Shown: one piece after another, positions 26,073-27,313 of the stretch
Layout: every line of letters begins with the position of its first letter
Position numbering within the stretch: the first letter of the stretch is position 1
Notes under the pieces: model-generated
What the model was told of the DNA's origin: nothing
What the model saw: the letters and a program-made list of their open reading frames with translations, nothing else
Databases searched by the model: none
Made by a program: the position numbers and the translations under genes
Virus record (IMG/VR): IMGVR_UViG_3300032073_000194
Coordinates: 1-27,313 of that record
Length of the DNA: 27,313 nucleotides
Strand: one strand, 5' to 3'
From: a virus
Lineage: Duplodnaviria; Caudoviricetes

Positions 26073-27269
26073 TTACTGCAGATATCTTATTATGACGATT
26101 CCTGAGCCACCGCCACCGCCACTGCGTTGATAAGCGCCGCCACCACCACCTCCACCTGTATTCTGTGTACCAGCATCACCAGTTGTTGGGACTTGTGTGG
26201 TTGGTGCATCTCCACCGTCACCACCTCCACCTGAACCACCCGTTCCACCATAAATTGTGTTGGCCCAGCCGCTAACTATCACACCCCCACCACCACCACC
26301 CGCATAATACGTAGCATTGCCATTTATAGAGGATTGAATTCCAATCCCTCCATTCAAACCAAGTGAAACACTGTTAGAATTTGTGTAACTCTTTCCACTT
26401 GCACCCGCACCACCACCCCCTCCTCCTTTATACACAAGTCCACTAGTACCATTACCCCCCCGTCCACCATTATAACCCTGTCTCGGTGGACCAGACGTGC
26501 CAGTGCCACCAAGACCACCGGCACCATTGTTCCCACCACCGCCACCACCGGAACCACCAGAACCACCCGGTGCAGTACCGGGTCCGCTGCTGGTCGCACC
26601 TTTACCACCGCCGTCAGCTATGACCTGTGTTGGAAAACTAATAGTTGAATCAGTGCCATTAGTCGCCGAAGAGTACGCTGGAGCAATACCACCTGCGCCA
26701 CCGTCACCAACTGTGACATTATAGTTACCCGGTCCAACTGTAACAGTGCCAGTCAACAGACCACCCGCACCCCCACCACCCATACCACCACCACCGTTTC
26801 CTGTACCGCCCCCTCCCCCACCGGCGACCACGAGGTAATCAACTTCACCACCACTAATGACTGTAAATATATCGCTCACGTCCGTGAATGTATGAATTTT
26901 GTATCCACCGCTTGTCGTAACAGTTCCACCAGTTGCACTTATCCCACCGAGGCCTTGCCACACAGTTCCGTTATACACTTCTAATCTATTTAACGTTGAA
27001 TTAAACCTAATCATACCTGCGACCCCGGTAGGTTGTTCACCTGTCGTACCAACTGGGACGGTTATAGCACCTGTCCCACTGACGGTCAGATCAGAAGAAA
27101 TAAAGGCGTTCCCCACCACATGTAAATTAGACGTGGGTCCACCGACACCCACACCGACACCGAGACTTCCTGTGGTTGTGTCGATAACCGTATTTGATGA
27201 AGCCCCGACGAACGTGACTTTACTGACTTGTTTATAGTCTAAAGTTCCGTGAGGTGTTCCTATAGGCAT
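26073..27269 (-). CDS. Fibre-like protein with C-terminal glycine-rich domain (398 aa)
   Basis: N-terminal KVTFVGASSNTVIDTTTGSLGVG, PTGVAGMIRFNST connector, glycine-rich domain ending GSGIVIIRYL. Confidence 0.9.
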   Translation of the reverse strand: MPIGTPHGTLDYKQVSKVTFVGASSNTVIDTTTGSLGVGVGVGGPTSNLHVVGNAFISSDLTVSGTGAITVPVGTTGEQPTGVAGMIRFNSTLNRLEVYNGTVWQGLGGISATGGTVTTSGGYKIHTFTDVSDIFTVISGGEVDYLVVAGGGGGGTGNGGGGMGGGGAGGLLTGTVTVGPGNYNVTVGDGGAGGIAPAYSSATNGTDSTISFPTQVIADGGGKGATSSGPGTAPGGSGGSGGGGGGNNGAGGLGGTGTSGPPRQGYNGGRGGNGTSGLVYKGGGGGGAGASGKSYTNSNSVSLGLNGGIGIQSSINGNATYYAGGGGGGVIVSGWANTIYGGTGGSGGGGDGGDAPTTQVPTTGDAGTQNTGGGGGGGAYQRSGGGGGSGIVIIRYLQ

Positions 27270-27313
27270 ATCTATTATTGGTGGAGGTTTTTTTAAACGA
27301 AAAAGTCCGGAGG
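27270..27313. repeat. Intergenic leader plus start of a hairpin element (cut by the window edge)
   Basis: GGAGGTTTTTTTAAACGAAAAAGTCCGGAGG is identical to 5157-5187. Confidence 0.75.

Noticed and set aside
402-27237. Numerous plus-strand ORFs (Pro/Thr/Val-rich, 60-175 aa) and short alternative-frame minus-strand ORFs in the ORF track
   Set aside because: They lie antisense to or inside the long fibre genes and are the expected shadows of Gly/Thr/Asn-rich codon usage. They lack the leader motifs. Only 11636-12046 occupies free space.
2093-27313. CRISPR array or true integron attC array
   Set aside because: Repeats are separated by 1-5 kb genes rather than short spacers, no cas or integrase gene is present, and the spacers are clusters of short hairpins without the GTTRRRY/RYYYAAC box organisation of attC sites.
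1-27313. tRNA, rRNA or transposase genes
   Set aside because: Non-coding gaps are at most ~130 nt and are accounted for by the spacer family. No cloverleaf, rRNA-like sequence or transposase motif was seen.

Overview
The window is a dense, almost entirely minus-strand tandem array of ten large fibre/adhesin-like genes, one truncated at the left edge and missing from the ORF track. Five small putative chaperone/partner genes are interleaved with them, and one gene lies on the opposite strand. The large proteins share N-terminal and shaft motifs (e.g. FTNPTTSLVASGNVEV, VGIGTxxP). They carry exchangeable distal modules: glycine-rich domains, F5/8-type-C/discoidin-like domains, LamG domains, a 7-repeat FG-GAP-like propeller, Ig-like domains, and S74-type or other C-terminal chaperone-like domains. 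From recall these families look like the large virion fibre genes of prasinoviruses (Phycodnaviridae), but no core marker gene is present to confirm this. Four things stand out. (i) Almost every large gene is preceded by the same leader (minus strand AAAAAACCTCnnnnnnTA[A/G]TAGA[T/A]ATG) and a modular spacer of short hairpins, mostly 7-bp stems with 3-nt loops, often C-GNA-G; the stem sequences change while pairing is kept. (ii) Two ~5 kb paralogues alternate near-identical linker DNA with highly divergent domain-sized cassettes. (iii) An orphan fibre-gene start is left where an inverted gene sits. (iv) Fibre types appear paired with specific chaperone types. Together these suggest a recombination-driven cassette system for diversifying host-attachment proteins. 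This is inference: no recombinase, reverse transcriptase or integrase is encoded in the window.
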